Source of the DNA: an uncultured Bacteroidales bacterium
GTDB lineage: Bacteria; Bacteroidota; Bacteroidia; Bacteroidales; UBA11471
Length of the DNA: 64,000 nt
NCBI GenBank assembly: GCA_947589325.1
Contig: CANQAM010000001.1
Span: forward strand, 95,834-159,833
Direction of reading: 5' to 3'
How positions within the stretch are numbered: position 1 is the stretch's first letter; each line of letters starts with the position of its first letter. The notes below the pieces were generated by a model. That model was not told the DNA's origin, ran no database searches, and saw only the letters and a program-made list of their open reading frames with translations. Shown here one piece after another: positions 39,811 through 50,635 of the stretch. A program made the translations under genes and the position numbers.

Positions 39811-39875
39811 TGCAAAAAAATTAAAAGGCACTTGCGGCTCGGAGAGTGCCGATAACGATTTTTCGATTCAGGCAT

Positions 39876-40146
39876 AAAAAAGAAGCGGAGCCACTGTTTC
39901 ACCCGTTTATTGCTGTGGACCTAGGAATCCCATGAAATACAAACAAGTGATAGCAACCCCACTTTGGTCGTATATCCGAGATAGATATAACAAACCAAAG
40001 AGAGAGCGTACTTTCCACCTTCCGTATTTCATCGTTGAAATTTCCTAGGTTTCAGCAATGGACGATGCGAAAACGCTTTCTTCAATATGTCTGCACACCG
40101 GTCGGGTGTACGGAGCAAAGGTAGTCATTTTCTTGAAAGTACGCTC
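39876..40146 (-). ncRNA. Putative structured cis-regulatory or antisense-type RNA in the leader of the LRR gene
   Basis: Nested IRs: attgctg/cagcaat (39909/40053), acctaggaa/ttcctaggt (39919/40042), atgaaatac/gtatttcat (39932/40024), ctttggt/accaaag (39962/39994), tatatc/gatata. -7 box TACCTTTG at 40116-40123 (minus); U-tract at the 3' end. Strand not certain. Confidence 0.65.
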
Positions 40147-40555
40147 TTGTATTGTTGTTTTTTTATCGAAAAAGATAAAAAGCGATATTTTCCGGCACCG
40201 AACAGACGCAGGCAAACGCCTCTCCGTCTGCCCGGAAAAGGCGAATTGACTGCACCAATCGCCCGTAAAAAGCAGTCGGCATATCACGCCGGCACATTTT
40301 CATGGTCTTTCTTATTTTGCCGCAAAGATAATTTAGAAAATACGAATTTACAAAACTTTCCGCTAAAAATTTTTGGTTTTATTCGCGGAAAATTTTCAGA
40401 AAAGCGGCAAGCGAAAAATCAAATAAATTTTCGGGACAGCAGAGAGAAAGGCATATAGGAAAAACAGAGTTAGGATTCGGAGTTTTTCCGGTACGAAAAA
40501 ATCCCCTCCCGACAGGAAGCGTCGGGAGGGGATAAAGGTTTCCGCCGGACGGCTG

Positions 40556-41104
40556 TCAGTCGAGCAGCATACCTTTGCGTACCGTGCGGGCGGCTTCGTC
40601 GCCGTATGTCAGGCGGATAATCGTCGAGGCGAACTCGATAGCAGCGGCAGGACCTTTGCCCGTAACCACAGAACCGTCTATCTCGACCATATTGCCGGTG
40701 GGCGTCGCACCCGTCATGCGCTTTTCGAAGCCCGGATAACAGGTGGCTTTGCGACCTTTGAGAATGCCGCACGCACCGAGCACGTAAGGCGCGGCACAGA
40801 TAGCAGCCACCGGACGCTCTTGGGCGGCGTGGGCTTTCAGCGCCTCGATGAGCGGCGCGCAGTTTGCCAGATTGTCGGCGCCGGGCAGACCGCCGGGCAG
40901 GATAAGCCACAGCGCTTCGGCAAGCGGTGCTTCGGCGAGGGTAAGGTCGGCGGTAACGGGTATGCCGTGCGCGCCGGTTACGCTCTTTTCGCCGGTAATG
41001 GCGACAGTGCGTATCTCCATGCCTGCGCGTCGCATCATATCGACGACGGTCAAGGCTTCGATTTCTTCAAATCCTTCTGCAAGGAACAAGTATGATATAT
41101 TCAT
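40556..41104 (-). CDS. DJ-1/PfpI (ThiJ/YajL-like) protein
   Basis: LAEGFEEIEA, LPGG, AAICAAP, ATCYPG, VTGKGP. Confidence 0.95.
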   Translation of the reverse strand: MNISYLFLAEGFEEIEALTVVDMMRRAGMEIRTVAITGEKSVTGAHGIPVTADLTLAEAPLAEALWLILPGGLPGADNLANCAPLIEALKAHAAQERPVAAICAAPYVLGACGILKGRKATCYPGFEKRMTGATPTGNMVEIDGSVVTGKGPAAAIEFASTIIRLTYGDEAARTVRKGMLLD

Positions 41105-41135
41105 AGCGATTTGTTTTTTGGGTGCAACATGAGGG

Positions 41136-42650
41136 TTATTCCACGGTAATGCCGTCGATGACGAAATCGGCGATGCGGAAACGGAGGTTGTCGCTCTCGG
41201 CGACGCTCCACGGGTAGATGCGCACGGCCAGCCGTTCACCCGGTTTTACGGAGGTGTTTACCGGCAGCGTGACGGTGCGGGCGCCGCTTTCGGGGCGTTG
41301 GTTTTCGCCCAAAATGGTGCGGGGGTAGAAGTCGTTGCTTTTCGACAGGGCAGCCCGATAGGCTACGCCGCCGTCCAACGTGAAAGTGATTTGACGGGCG
41401 AGGAATGTCTTTTTGTTTCCTTTGAATACGAACTCCACGTAACGGTCGCCCGCCTCGTCGATGTCGGCAGGCCATTTGCCGCCGGCAATGGCGATGCCGG
41501 CTTCGCTCTCGTCGAGCCCTTTCAGCGTATATTTTCCGATTTCGGCTTTTTCGGGTGTTTCGAGCGCGATGACGCGGCTCTCGGCTACGACGGGAATTTT
41601 GCGTTTCACCTTTCCGCACGCGACGGTTACCGCATCGTTTATCGTCCCTGCCTGTTCGGGGGTGAAGTAGAGGTAGCAGCATTGGTTCCACAGTTTGCCT
41701 TCGGTGTAGGGCAGCGTCACCGATTCCTGCCGTTGGGCGTCGGGGGCGGAGGCGACGGTCATGCCCTTCGGGGCGGTAACGACGATTTCATCTTCGCGTT
41801 CGGGCAGCGCCAGACCCGTCAGGTCGAAGCGCATACACGCCTCGTCGCCCACGTACATCTGTCCGAAGTTCAAGGTTCTCGGATTGAGAACGATAGGCAC
41901 GTCGGGGCGTACATACTCCGTCAAGATGCCCGCCTGTTGCAGCGCCTGCGCCACCATGCGGGCGTAGAGCGCCGCACCCGTAGCCTGCGTGTGCGTGCCG
42001 TCGGTGGGCGCGTAGATGAGGTCGGTCGCCTGTTGCTCGCCCAACTCCTCGATAAAGGCTTTCGTGAGGGCGGTGTGGTCGATGAGGGGCACCTGCATTT
42101 CGCGGGCGACCTGCTTCATCACATATACGTAGTCGAGCGTGGTGTCGCCCGCCGCGCCCAAGTTGTGGCACCCTTTCGGCGAAATCGTCCCGTCGGCGGT
42201 GTAGTAGCGCCGCACGATAGGAGTGATGAGTATCGGGGTGGCGCCGAGAGCGCGGGTTTCGTTCACGTAAGTTTCGAGGTTGGCTTTGTAGTGACCCCAC
42301 GGGTCGGTGCCGCGACCGTCGTCGCTGTAAGTGCCGTTGCCTTTCTCGTCGTTGTGGGCGAACTGTATCAGCACGTAATCGCCCGGCTGTACGGCGGCTT
42401 TCACTTTATCCCACAGCCCTTCGCTCATAAAAGAGCGGGTGCTGCGACCGTTGCGTGCGTAGTTTATCACTACGGCATCGTCGGTGAAAAATTCTTGGAA
42501 CATCTCTCCCCAGCCGCGTGCGCGGGTGGTATTCTCGGCATAGTCTGCCATGGTGGAGTCGCCTATCGTGTGTATGCGAACCTCTTTTCGGGAGCACGCC
42601 GACAACATGCAGCAAGCCGCTGTCAGCGCCATAAAGAATTTTGTTTTCAT
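41136..42650 (-). CDS. Rhamnogalacturonan acetylesterase-like (CE12, SGNH) lipoprotein with C-terminal extension
   Basis: Lipobox LSAC; IGDST, GWG, NGRSTRSF, QFAHND, DGTH. Confidence 0.88.
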   Translation of the reverse strand: MKTKFFMALTAACCMLSACSRKEVRIHTIGDSTMADYAENTTRARGWGEMFQEFFTDDAVVINYARNGRSTRSFMSEGLWDKVKAAVQPGDYVLIQFAHNDEKGNGTYSDDGRGTDPWGHYKANLETYVNETRALGATPILITPIVRRYYTADGTISPKGCHNLGAAGDTTLDYVYVMKQVAREMQVPLIDHTALTKAFIEELGEQQATDLIYAPTDGTHTQATGAALYARMVAQALQQAGILTEYVRPDVPIVLNPRTLNFGQMYVGDEACMRFDLTGLALPEREDEIVVTAPKGMTVASAPDAQRQESVTLPYTEGKLWNQCCYLYFTPEQAGTINDAVTVACGKVKRKIPVVAESRVIALETPEKAEIGKYTLKGLDESEAGIAIAGGKWPADIDEAGDRYVEFVFKGNKKTFLARQITFTLDGGVAYRAALSKSNDFYPRTILGENQRPESGARTVTLPVNTSVKPGERLAVRIYPWSVAESDNLRFRIADFVIDGITVE

Positions 42651-42831
42651 TTTACTTTTATGAATAGGGGAACAAATATAGAAAAATTATTAAAAATGGC
42701 GACGATTTGTCAAAGAAAAAAACGATGAAAAAATTTTTTCGGGAATATTGGCAAAGATAGAAGAAAATGCGGCGGAAACGACCTGCCTATTTCCGATTTT
42801 TTTGCTACCTTTGCAGCTAAAATTTTTACCT

Positions 42832-43374
42832 ATGTCCGATACAGAGAAACAGTTTGAGCACGTCATCGCGATTTGCCGCGACCTGTATGCCGAAAAGTTG
42901 CAGGATTACGGGGCATCGTGGCGCATTATGCGTCCGGCATCGCTCACCGACCAGATATTCATCAAGGCGAAACGCATACGCAGTATCGAAGAAAAAGGCA
43001 AGGCGTTGATAGCCGAGGGCATTCGCTCCGAAATCATCGGTATCGTCAATTACGGAATTATCGCATTGATACAGTTGGAGCTGGGATATACCGATACGGT
43101 GGATATCACCAACGAAAAAGCGTTGGAACTGTACGACAAGCACATGACCGTTACCAAGAATCTCATGTACGCCAAGAACCATGACTACGACGAGGCGTGG
43201 CGCGGTATGCGCACCACTTCATACACCGACCTGATACTGATGAAGATATATCGCACCAAACAGATAGAAAACCACGAAGGCAAAACCCTCGTGTCGGAAG
43301 GCGTCGATGCCAATTATATGGATATGGTCAATTATTCGCTGTTCGGTCTGATAAAACTCGAATATGGAGGTTAA
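42832..43374 (+). CDS. DUF1599 domain protein
   Basis: Duplicated K..DYG..WR / KNHDYDEAWR motif; usual position upstream of BT_3928-like gene and tpiA. Confidence 0.88.
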   Translation: MSDTEKQFEHVIAICRDLYAEKLQDYGASWRIMRPASLTDQIFIKAKRIRSIEEKGKALIAEGIRSEIIGIVNYGIIALIQLELGYTDTVDITNEKALELYDKHMTVTKNLMYAKNHDYDEAWRGMRTTSYTDLILMKIYRTKQIENHEGKTLVSEGVDANYMDMVNYSLFGLIKLEYGG

Positions 43375-44710
43375 GCAGAAAGACACGGTTAAACAGTTTG
43401 TTTTGCAGACGCTTGTCGTGGCAGCGCGGCTCGTTGTCGGCGGCACATTCCTTTTTTCCGGATTCGTGAAGGCGGTCGATCCCGTCGGTATGTCGCTGAA
43501 AATCGAGGAATACCTGCTCACTTTCGGACTGGACTATTTCCGGTCGTTCTCTTTCTTTTTGGCGGTGGCTTTCGGGGCATACGAATTTATGCTGGGGGCG
43601 GGTACGCTCTTCGGCACTTACCGCCGGCTTACTTCGTGGCTGCTGCTGTTCACGATGTCGTTTATGACGTTGCTCACGCTCTATCTGGCCGTGGCGGAGC
43701 CGATAGCCGATTGCGGCTGTTTCGGCGAAGCCGTGCATCTTACCCCGTGGCAGTCGTTCGGGAAAAACATCGTTTTGCTGTTGCTCGTTCTCTTTCTGGT
43801 GCGCTGCAACGAGCGGGTGAGAGGCGTGTATCATAAAGAGCTGCAATTACTTACGGTCTATTTCTTTCTGCTCTTTTCGGTAGGATTGTCGCTTTATGCC
43901 TACTATTATCGCCCCTTGTTCGATTTTCGTCCGTACAAAAGGGGCGTGAACTTGCGGGAGGCTCTTGCTGCCAATCCTTACGACGACCCGCATTTCATTT
44001 ATGAAAAAGACGGGGTGCGGCAAGAATTTACGATAGACACCCTGCCCGCCGATACGGCATGGCATTTTATCGACAGAACGGAAGCACCGGCAGGAAAGCC
44101 GAATGATATACGGAATTTCGTCATATACGACGACGATGAAGATATTACCGAGAATATTCTTGCCGACAAAGGGTATACATTTCTCTTGATGATACCCTCG
44201 CTTCGCGATACCGAGAACGATGCTATCGACAAAATCGACGAACTCTACGAATACGTGTTGTGGCACGGGTACAACCTCTATTGCCTGACTGCCTCGTCTG
44301 CCGAAGAAATTGCCGAGTGGCAGGACGATACGGGCGCCGATTATCCCTTCTACACGATGGAGGCTTCGACGATACGCACCGTTGTGCGCGGCGACCCGGG
44401 TATCGTGTTGTTGCACGACGGCGTCATCGTACAGAAAATGCGGGCGGCAAACCTCCCTGAAGAATCGCGCTTGACCGATTTTTTGGAAAGCTATGCTGCC
44501 GGTGTGCCGGTGGAATACGGAATTTTCAGACCGCTTATGACGGTGATAATCCTCTTTTTCGTACCGCTGCTGCTATTGCTGCTCATGTCGAAAATCGTCG
44601 AGGCGTATGTCATACGCGCTCGCGCCCGTCGGGTGGCCCGCCTGCGGAAATTGCGCGACACCTTGTCTGAAAAAATAAAAAAGAACCCGAAAAAAGATAC
44701 TATCAACTAA
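43364..44710 (+). CDS. BT_3928-family DoxX/MauE-like membrane protein
   Basis: [22 protein letters not shown] motifs. Confidence 0.85.
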   Translation: MEVKQKDTVKQFVLQTLVVAARLVVGGTFLFSGFVKAVDPVGMSLKIEEYLLTFGLDYFRSFSFFLAVAFGAYEFMLGAGTLFGTYRRLTSWLLLFTMSFMTLLTLYLAVAEPIADCGCFGEAVHLTPWQSFGKNIVLLLLVLFLVRCNERVRGVYHKELQLLTVYFFLLFSVGLSLYAYYYRPLFDFRPYKRGVNLREALAANPYDDPHFIYEKDGVRQEFTIDTLPADTAWHFIDRTEAPAGKPNDIRNFVIYDDDEDITENILADKGYTFLLMIPSLRDTENDAIDKIDELYEYVLWHGYNLYCLTASSAEEIAEWQDDTGADYPFYTMEASTIRTVVRGDPGIVLLHDGVIVQKMRAANLPEESRLTDFLESYAAGVPVEYGIFRPLMTVIILFFVPLLLLLLMSKIVEAYVIRARARRVARLRKLRDTLSEKIKKNPKKDTIN

Positions 44711-44720
44711 TATAAAGAAT

Positions 44721-45479
44721 ATGAGAAAAAACATTGTCGCAGGAAACTGGAAAATGAACAAAACCCTGCAAGAAGGTTTGAATTTGGCAAAAGGTATTGA
44801 AGCTGCTTTGGCAGGAAAAAAGGTAAATTGCGAAGTTATTATCGGTACGCCGTTTATCCACTTGGCGTCGTTGGCGCAGACCATCGACACGAAAAAAATC
44901 GGCATCGCCGCCGAAAATTGCGCCGACAAGGTTTCGGGCGCATACACCGGCGAAGTGTCGGCAAGCATGGTCGCTTCCACCGGAGCGAAGTATGTCATAC
45001 TGGGGCACTCCGAACGCCGCGCCTACTATCACGAAACGCCCGAGATACTGAAAGAAAAAGTGCTCTTGGCGCTGGCCAACAACCTGATTCCGATTTTCTG
45101 CATCGGCGAAGTGCTCGAAGAACGCGAAGCCGGCAAACACTTTGAGGTCGTAAAGTCGCAGATCGAAAATTCGCTTTTCAACCTTTCCGCCGAAGAGTTC
45201 GGTAAAATCGTGCTGGCATACGAACCCGTGTGGGCTATCGGTACCGGCAAGACGGCAACCGCCGCACAGGCTCAGGAGATGCATGCTTTCATACGCGCCA
45301 CGCTCGCTGCCAAATACGGCAAAACGGTAGCCGACAACTGCTCCATTCTCTATGGCGGCAGCTGCAAGCCCTCCAATGCCAAAGAACTTTTCGCCAATCC
45401 CGATGTCGATGGCGGACTCATCGGCGGCGCAGCCCTCGAAGTCGAGTCGTTCATGGGCATCATCGAAGCCTTTTCGTAA
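44721..45479 (+). CDS. tpiA: Triosephosphate isomerase
   Basis: [29 protein letters not shown]. Confidence 0.99.
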   Translation: MRKNIVAGNWKMNKTLQEGLNLAKGIEAALAGKKVNCEVIIGTPFIHLASLAQTIDTKKIGIAAENCADKVSGAYTGEVSASMVASTGAKYVILGHSERRAYYHETPEILKEKVLLALANNLIPIFCIGEVLEEREAGKHFEVVKSQIENSLFNLSAEEFGKIVLAYEPVWAIGTGKTATAAQAQEMHAFIRATLAAKYGKTVADNCSILYGGSCKPSNAKELFANPDVDGGLIGGAALEVESFMGIIEAFS

Positions 45480-45554
45480 CTGAAAAATTCCCGTTCTGTC
45501 TGCTCCTGCGGGAGCAGACAGAACATCTCTTTGGGACGTAAAGAATCCGAACGT

Positions 45555-46058
45555 ATGAATAAAAAAATTCTTTTCCTTTTCTTCTCCTTTGCCCTTGCCC
45601 TGTCGGCAGGCGCGCAAGAGGTGGCGACCGACGACGAAGCCGCTGCCGCCGATACCTCTATCGTGCAGTCATTGACCCGACCGTCCGGCGGAGCGCAGGT
45701 CGTTGTCGCGCAGGATTCCGTGCTCGATGTCCGCCTTTCGCGCAACAGCGGGTCGTTGAAAGTGAACGAAGAAGGGCATATTTTTACACAGGGATACCGG
45801 ATACAGGTTTTCTCCGACAACCGGCGCAATGCGCGCGAAGAAGCCGACGTCCGTTCACAATACATCGCCGAGTCCGATACACTCATACCCGTATACGTTA
45901 CCTATCTGTCGCCGTTCTGGCGGCTGCGCATAGGCGACTACCGCACGTACGAAGAAGCCTTCATACAGATGCAGGCGATAAAAAAACAATTCCCGCGATA
46001 CGCCGCCGAGATGCGAATCGTCAAAGATGAAATCGTCCTACCCCTTTCCGTACAATAA
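45555..46058 (+). CDS. SPOR-domain-like exported protein
   Basis: Signal peptide; GYRIQVFS, P.WRLRIGDYRT..EA. Confidence 0.8.
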   Translation: MNKKILFLFFSFALALSAGAQEVATDDEAAAADTSIVQSLTRPSGGAQVVVAQDSVLDVRLSRNSGSLKVNEEGHIFTQGYRIQVFSDNRRNAREEADVRSQYIAESDTLIPVYVTYLSPFWRLRIGDYRTYEEAFIQMQAIKKQFPRYAAEMRIVKDEIVLPLSVQ

Positions 46059-46060
46059 TC

Positions 46061-46657
46061 ATGCAAGATATAGAATCGCTTTCCGACGAACGGCGCGTAG
46101 AGTTGTTGGCAAAACATTACAAAGCCATACTCGAATTGTTGGGCGAAGACCCTTCGCGGGAGGGCTTGTTGAAAACCCCTTGTCGGGCGGCACGTGCCAT
46201 GCTGGCGCTCACGGCCGGATACCGGCAGTCGCCCGAAGAAATACTCCGCTCGGCGCTTTTCAAAGAGGAATACGGTTCGCGCGGACAAATCGTCGTCGCA
46301 CGCGATATCGAATTTTATTCCTTCTGCGAACACCACATACTTCCCTTCTTCGGCAAAGTGCACATCGGGTACATACCCACCGGCTACGTAACGGGGCTTA
46401 GCAAGTTGGCGCGACTGGTCGATGCCTTTGCCCGCCGCTTGCAGTTGCAGGAGCGCCTCACTCTCGAAATTTGCGAAGCCCTGCAAAAGACGCTCGCCCC
46501 GGAGGGCGCCATTGTCATGATGGAGTCGCGCCACCTCTGCATGCAGATGCGCGGCGTCGAAAAGCAGGGTACCGTAACGACTACCTGCTCCTATACCGGC
46601 GTGTTCGAAGACATCGCCCGCCGCGAAGAATTTTTCTCGATGCTCGCCCGCCGCTGA
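46061..46657 (+). CDS. folE: GTP cyclohydrolase I
   Basis: GEDP.REGL.KTP, CEHH, GLSKLAR, LQERLT, HLCMQMRGV. Confidence 0.97.
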   Translation: MQDIESLSDERRVELLAKHYKAILELLGEDPSREGLLKTPCRAARAMLALTAGYRQSPEEILRSALFKEEYGSRGQIVVARDIEFYSFCEHHILPFFGKVHIGYIPTGYVTGLSKLARLVDAFARRLQLQERLTLEICEALQKTLAPEGAIVMMESRHLCMQMRGVEKQGTVTTTCSYTGVFEDIARREEFFSMLARR

Positions 46658-46775
46658 TATCAATGCCGACATCGGCGAGAGTATGCCGCAATACAAGTAT
46701 GCCAAAGTGAAAGTAATCGAATTGAACGCGGAAAAGAATAGAATGACGGCATAGTTCACGCCGTCCGTGAAAACA

Positions 46776-46809
46776 AAAAGCCATACAAATCATTGATTTG
46801 TATGGCTTT
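46776..46809. terminator. Bidirectional terminator between folE and tRNA-Asp
   Basis: aaagccatacaaatca / tgatttgtatggcttt inverted repeat. Confidence 0.8.
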
Positions 46810-46824
46810 ATTGTTGGACTTCTG

Positions 46825-46898
46825 CGGTGCGGACGGGACTCGAACCCGCGACCCCATGCGTGACAGGCATGTATTCTAACCAGCTGAACTACCGCACC
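46825..46898 (-). tRNA. tRNA-Asp(GTC)
   Basis: Minus strand GGTGCGGTAGTTCAGCTGGTTAGAATACATGCCT-GTC-ACGCATGGGGTCGCGGGTTCGAGTCCCGTCCGCACCG; cloverleaf; CCA not encoded. Confidence 0.98.
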
Positions 46899-47242
46899 TT
46901 CGGGCTTGCAACTCGCAAGGTTCTCTTTCGAATTGCGGTTGCAAAGATAAGCGATATTTTTGTTTTGTACAATAAATGCGAACTTTTTTCATCGAAAAAA
47001 TATTGTATGCCGATTGTTTCTGCCATGTTTTAGCCTTTCCCTCGATGAAATAATTTCTTTACCGCAGACGTTGGCTTTCAAAAGAATTTGTATATCTTTG
47101 TAATTGCGATTGGTATGCTCGATTTTTTATGCGGAGTTTTGTGCTTCGTCGTGAAATATTTTCGGCATACAATTAGTTGAAAATAAGAGCTGTTTGCCGT
47201 TTTTTTATGGCATACGGTTTTCGGATAGCGAAAGATAAAAAT

Positions 47243-48037
47243 ATGCGGTCGCCTGTAAAACCTAAAAAATCGTTGGGGCAGCACTTTTTGAAAGACCTCG
47301 ACATCGCCCGTCGCATTGCCGATACGATGGACGCTTACAAGGGTATGCCCCTCCTCGAAGTGGGACCGGGCACGGGCGTGCTTACGCAATTCCTGCTTGC
47401 AGCGCATCACGATCTTTCCGTCGTGGAGCTCGACCGCGAATCGGTCGCCTACCTGCGGACGCATTTTCCCAACCTCGACGGCCGCATCGTCGAAGACGAC
47501 TTTTTGCGGCTGCATCTCGACGAAATGTTCCCCGACCGCTTCTGCATCATCGGCAATTATCCCTACAACATATCGAGCCAGATATTTTTCAAGGTGCTCG
47601 ACTACAAAGACCGCATACCCTGTTGCAGCGGCATGATACAGAAAGAGGTGGCGGAGCGCATGGCGGCAAAGCCGTGCTGCAAAGCCTACGGCATATTGAG
47701 CGTACTCATGCAGGCGTGGTACGATATCGAATACCTTTTCACCGTACCCGAACACGTGTTCGAGCCGCCGCCCAAAGTGAAGTCGGCGGTCATTCGCATG
47801 ACGCGCAACCGCTCGGTTTCGCTCGGCTGCGACGAGCGGCTGTTCCGCCAAATCGTGAAAACGGGATTCAACCAGCGGCGCAAAACGCTGCGCAATTCGC
47901 TGCGTTCGTTGGTGGAAAAAGATTGCCCGCTGCTGAACGAGCCTGTTTTCGACAAACGTCCGGAACAACTTACCGTTGCCCAGTTCGTAACGCTTACCGG
48001 ACAAATGCAACCCTATGTATTACCCGTCAAACAATAG
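47243..48037 (+). CDS. rsmA: 16S rRNA dimethyltransferase KsgA
   Basis: KKSLGQHFL, EVGPGTG.LT, GNYPYNISS, QKEVAER, F.PPPKV.S. Confidence 0.97.
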   Translation: MRSPVKPKKSLGQHFLKDLDIARRIADTMDAYKGMPLLEVGPGTGVLTQFLLAAHHDLSVVELDRESVAYLRTHFPNLDGRIVEDDFLRLHLDEMFPDRFCIIGNYPYNISSQIFFKVLDYKDRIPCCSGMIQKEVAERMAAKPCCKAYGILSVLMQAWYDIEYLFTVPEHVFEPPPKVKSAVIRMTRNRSVSLGCDERLFRQIVKTGFNQRRKTLRNSLRSLVEKDCPLLNEPVFDKRPEQLTVAQFVTLTGQMQPYVLPVKQ

Positions 48038-48043
48038 CGCAGA

Positions 48044-49393
48044 ATGGAAAAATTCACACCGGAATATTTGGAGATGATTCGCGCCATCGTTGCCGAAAAA
48101 AATACCGAGCAGGCGAAAGTCGAGCTTCAAAAGCTGCACCCTGCCGACATTGCCGAACTCTATCGGGCGCTGGAACTCGACGATGCCGAGTTTCTCAACC
48201 AGCTGCTCGACAAGGAAAAGGCCGCCGACGTACTGATGGAATTCGATGAAGACGAGCGTAAAAAGCTGCTCAAAGAAATTCCTACCGAAACGATTGCCCG
48301 CGAATTTATCGACCACCTCGACACCGACGATGCCGTCGATCTCATACGAAACCTCGACGAGGAGGCACAGGAAGAAGTGCTTTCGCACATCGACGACGCC
48401 GAACAGGCGGGCGATATTGTCGATTTGTTGAAGTACGACGAAGACACCGCCGGCGGTATCATGGGCACCGAAATGGTGATTGTGAACGAAAATTGGAGTA
48501 TGCCCGAGTGCGTGAAAGAGATGCGCCGGCAAGCCGAAGAAATGGACGAAATCTATTACGTCTATGTCGTCGATGACGACGGCAAGCTGCGTGGCGTCTT
48601 TCCGTTGAAAAAGATGATTACCCACCCGTCGGTCTCGAAAATAAAGCACGTCATGAAGAAAGACCCCGTGTCCGTGCGTACCGACGATACGATAGAAACA
48701 GTGGCGCAGACCATCGAAAAATACGACTTGGTGGCGATACCCGTCGTCGATAGCATCGGGCGGCTGGTCGGCCGCATCACCGTCGATGATGTCATGGACG
48801 AGGTGCGCGAACAGGCGGAACGCGACTACCAGATGGCTTCGGGTATCTCGCAGGACGTGGAGACGACCGACAACATTTTTGCACAGACCTACGCCCGCCT
48901 GCCGTGGCTGCTCATCGGCATGATAGGCGGTATAGCCAACTCCGTGATACTGGGAAATTTCGAGAGCGGTTTCGCCCTCAATCCCGCCATGGCGCTCTTT
49001 ATCCCGCTGGTCGGCGGTACGGGCGGTAATGTGGGCATACAGTCGTCGGCTATCATCGTGCAGGGTCTCGCCAACAAATCGCTCTCGCTCGAACACGCCG
49101 GTCGGCAGATTTTCAAAGAGTTGGGCGTTTCCATCATCAACGCCTGCATGATTTCGGTATTGGTGTTCGCCGCCTGCTACCTCCTGCATTTGGGCAGTGC
49201 GGCGCTGACGATAGCGGTATCGCTTTCGCTTTTTGCCGTAGTCATTTTTGCCTCGATATTCGGCACGTGTGTACCCATTGCTCTCGAAAAGATGAATTTC
49301 GACCCCGCCATTGCCACCGGTCCTTTCATCACCATAACCAACGATATCATCGGTATGCTCATCTACATGGGCATCTGCGCCCTGCTGTTATAG
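48044..49393 (+). CDS. mgtE: Magnesium transporter MgtE
   Basis: HPADIAE N-domain, CBS pair, RLPWL, GGNVG.Q, DPAIATGPFI...ND. Confidence 0.96.
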   Translation: MEKFTPEYLEMIRAIVAEKNTEQAKVELQKLHPADIAELYRALELDDAEFLNQLLDKEKAADVLMEFDEDERKKLLKEIPTETIAREFIDHLDTDDAVDLIRNLDEEAQEEVLSHIDDAEQAGDIVDLLKYDEDTAGGIMGTEMVIVNENWSMPECVKEMRRQAEEMDEIYYVYVVDDDGKLRGVFPLKKMITHPSVSKIKHVMKKDPVSVRTDDTIETVAQTIEKYDLVAIPVVDSIGRLVGRITVDDVMDEVREQAERDYQMASGISQDVETTDNIFAQTYARLPWLLIGMIGGIANSVILGNFESGFALNPAMALFIPLVGGTGGNVGIQSSAIIVQGLANKSLSLEHAGRQIFKELGVSIINACMISVLVFAACYLLHLGSAALTIAVSLSLFAVVIFASIFGTCVPIALEKMNFDPAIATGPFITITNDIIGMLIYMGICALLL

Positions 49394-49405
49394 GTAATAC
49401 CTTAT

Positions 49406-49449
49406 ATAACAATAGAGGCGGAAATTTTCATTTCCGCCTCTATTGTTAT
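49406..49449. terminator. Bidirectional terminator mgtE/dnaJ
   Basis: 19-bp perfect IR ataacaatagaggcggaaa / tttccgcctctattgttat. Confidence 0.85.
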
Positions 49450-49462
49450 CACTCTTTGTGAA

Positions 49463-50617
49463 TTACTCGAACATGTGGCGCAGCTTGCTGAAAATACGGT
49501 CTTTTACCGAGCGGCTCGGCGTGAAGTTGGCAGTGCGCAGCTCCTCGATTTTTTTCCGCTCGTCGGCACTCAGATTTTCCGGCACATAGACCGAAAGGTT
49601 CACCAACAGGTCGCCTGTGCCGTAGCTATTGACGGAGGGCAGTCCTTTGCCCCGCAGCCGCAGCACTTTGCCGGGTTGCGTGCCGGCTTCTATCTTTACT
49701 TTGGCTTTCCCTTCGATGGTGGGCACTTCGAGCGTACCGCCCAACGCTGCTGTCGGGAAATCTATCAGTGCGTTGTATATCAAGTCGTTTTCGTCGCGCA
49801 GCAAATCGGGGTGCGGTTCTTCCTGTACGAGAATCAGCAGGTCGCCGTTCACGCCGCCGTGCCGTGCCGCATTTCCCGCGCCGTTCATCGAGAGCTGCAT
49901 GCCCTCCGACACGCCCGCCGGAATGTTCAGCGAAATCACTTCGTCTTCTTTCAAGATGCCCTCGCCGTTGCATTTGGGGCATTTGTGGGTGATGATGCGC
50001 CCTTCGCCGCCGCATTTGGGGCAGGGCGAAGTCGATTGCATGGCGCCGAGTATGGTCTGCCGCACCTGCGTTACGACACCGCTGCCATTGCATTGCGGGC
50101 AGGTTTCCGATGCCGTGCCGTTTTCTGCGCCCGAACCTTTGCAGTCGGGGCAGGCGACATATTTTTTCACCTTGATTTTTTTCTCGACGCCGGTGGCGAT
50201 TTCTTGTAACGTAAGTTTCACGCGCACGCGCAGGTCGGTACCGCGATTCACCCGTTTGCTGCGACGGCTGCCGCCGCCGAAGCCGCTGAATCCGCCAAAA
50301 CCTCCGAACCCGCCGAATATATCGCCGAAGTGTGAGAATATATCTTCCATCGACATGCCGCCCGCGCCGCCGAATCCGCCTGCGCCGCCTTCCATGCCGG
50401 CGTGTCCGAAGCGGTCGTAGCGCGCCCGTTTGTCGGGGTCGCTCAACACCGAATAAGCCTCTGCCGCCTCTTTGAATTTTTCTTCCGCCGTCTTGTCGCC
50501 CGGATTTTTGTCGGGGTGATATTGAATGGCTTTTTTGCGGTAGGCTTTTTTTATCTCATCTGCCGTCGCTGTTTTGGCGACTTCCAGCACTTCATAATAA
50601 TCTCGTTTTTCGCTCAT
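49463..50617 (-). CDS. dnaJ: Chaperone DnaJ
   Basis: HPD J-domain, G/F-rich region, four CxxCxGxG repeats. Confidence 0.99.
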   Translation of the reverse strand: MSEKRDYYEVLEVAKTATADEIKKAYRKKAIQYHPDKNPGDKTAEEKFKEAAEAYSVLSDPDKRARYDRFGHAGMEGGAGGFGGAGGMSMEDIFSHFGDIFGGFGGFGGFSGFGGGSRRSKRVNRGTDLRVRVKLTLQEIATGVEKKIKVKKYVACPDCKGSGAENGTASETCPQCNGSGVVTQVRQTILGAMQSTSPCPKCGGEGRIITHKCPKCNGEGILKEDEVISLNIPAGVSEGMQLSMNGAGNAARHGGVNGDLLILVQEEPHPDLLRDENDLIYNALIDFPTAALGGTLEVPTIEGKAKVKIEAGTQPGKVLRLRGKGLPSVNSYGTGDLLVNLSVYVPENLSADERKKIEELRTANFTPSRSVKDRIFSKLRHMFE

Positions 50618-50635
50618 GGCAATTTGTTTTTACGA

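Noticed and set aside
46776-46898. Integrative element at tRNA-Asp
   Set aside because: No integrase and no duplicated tRNA 3' end; both flanks are core genes.
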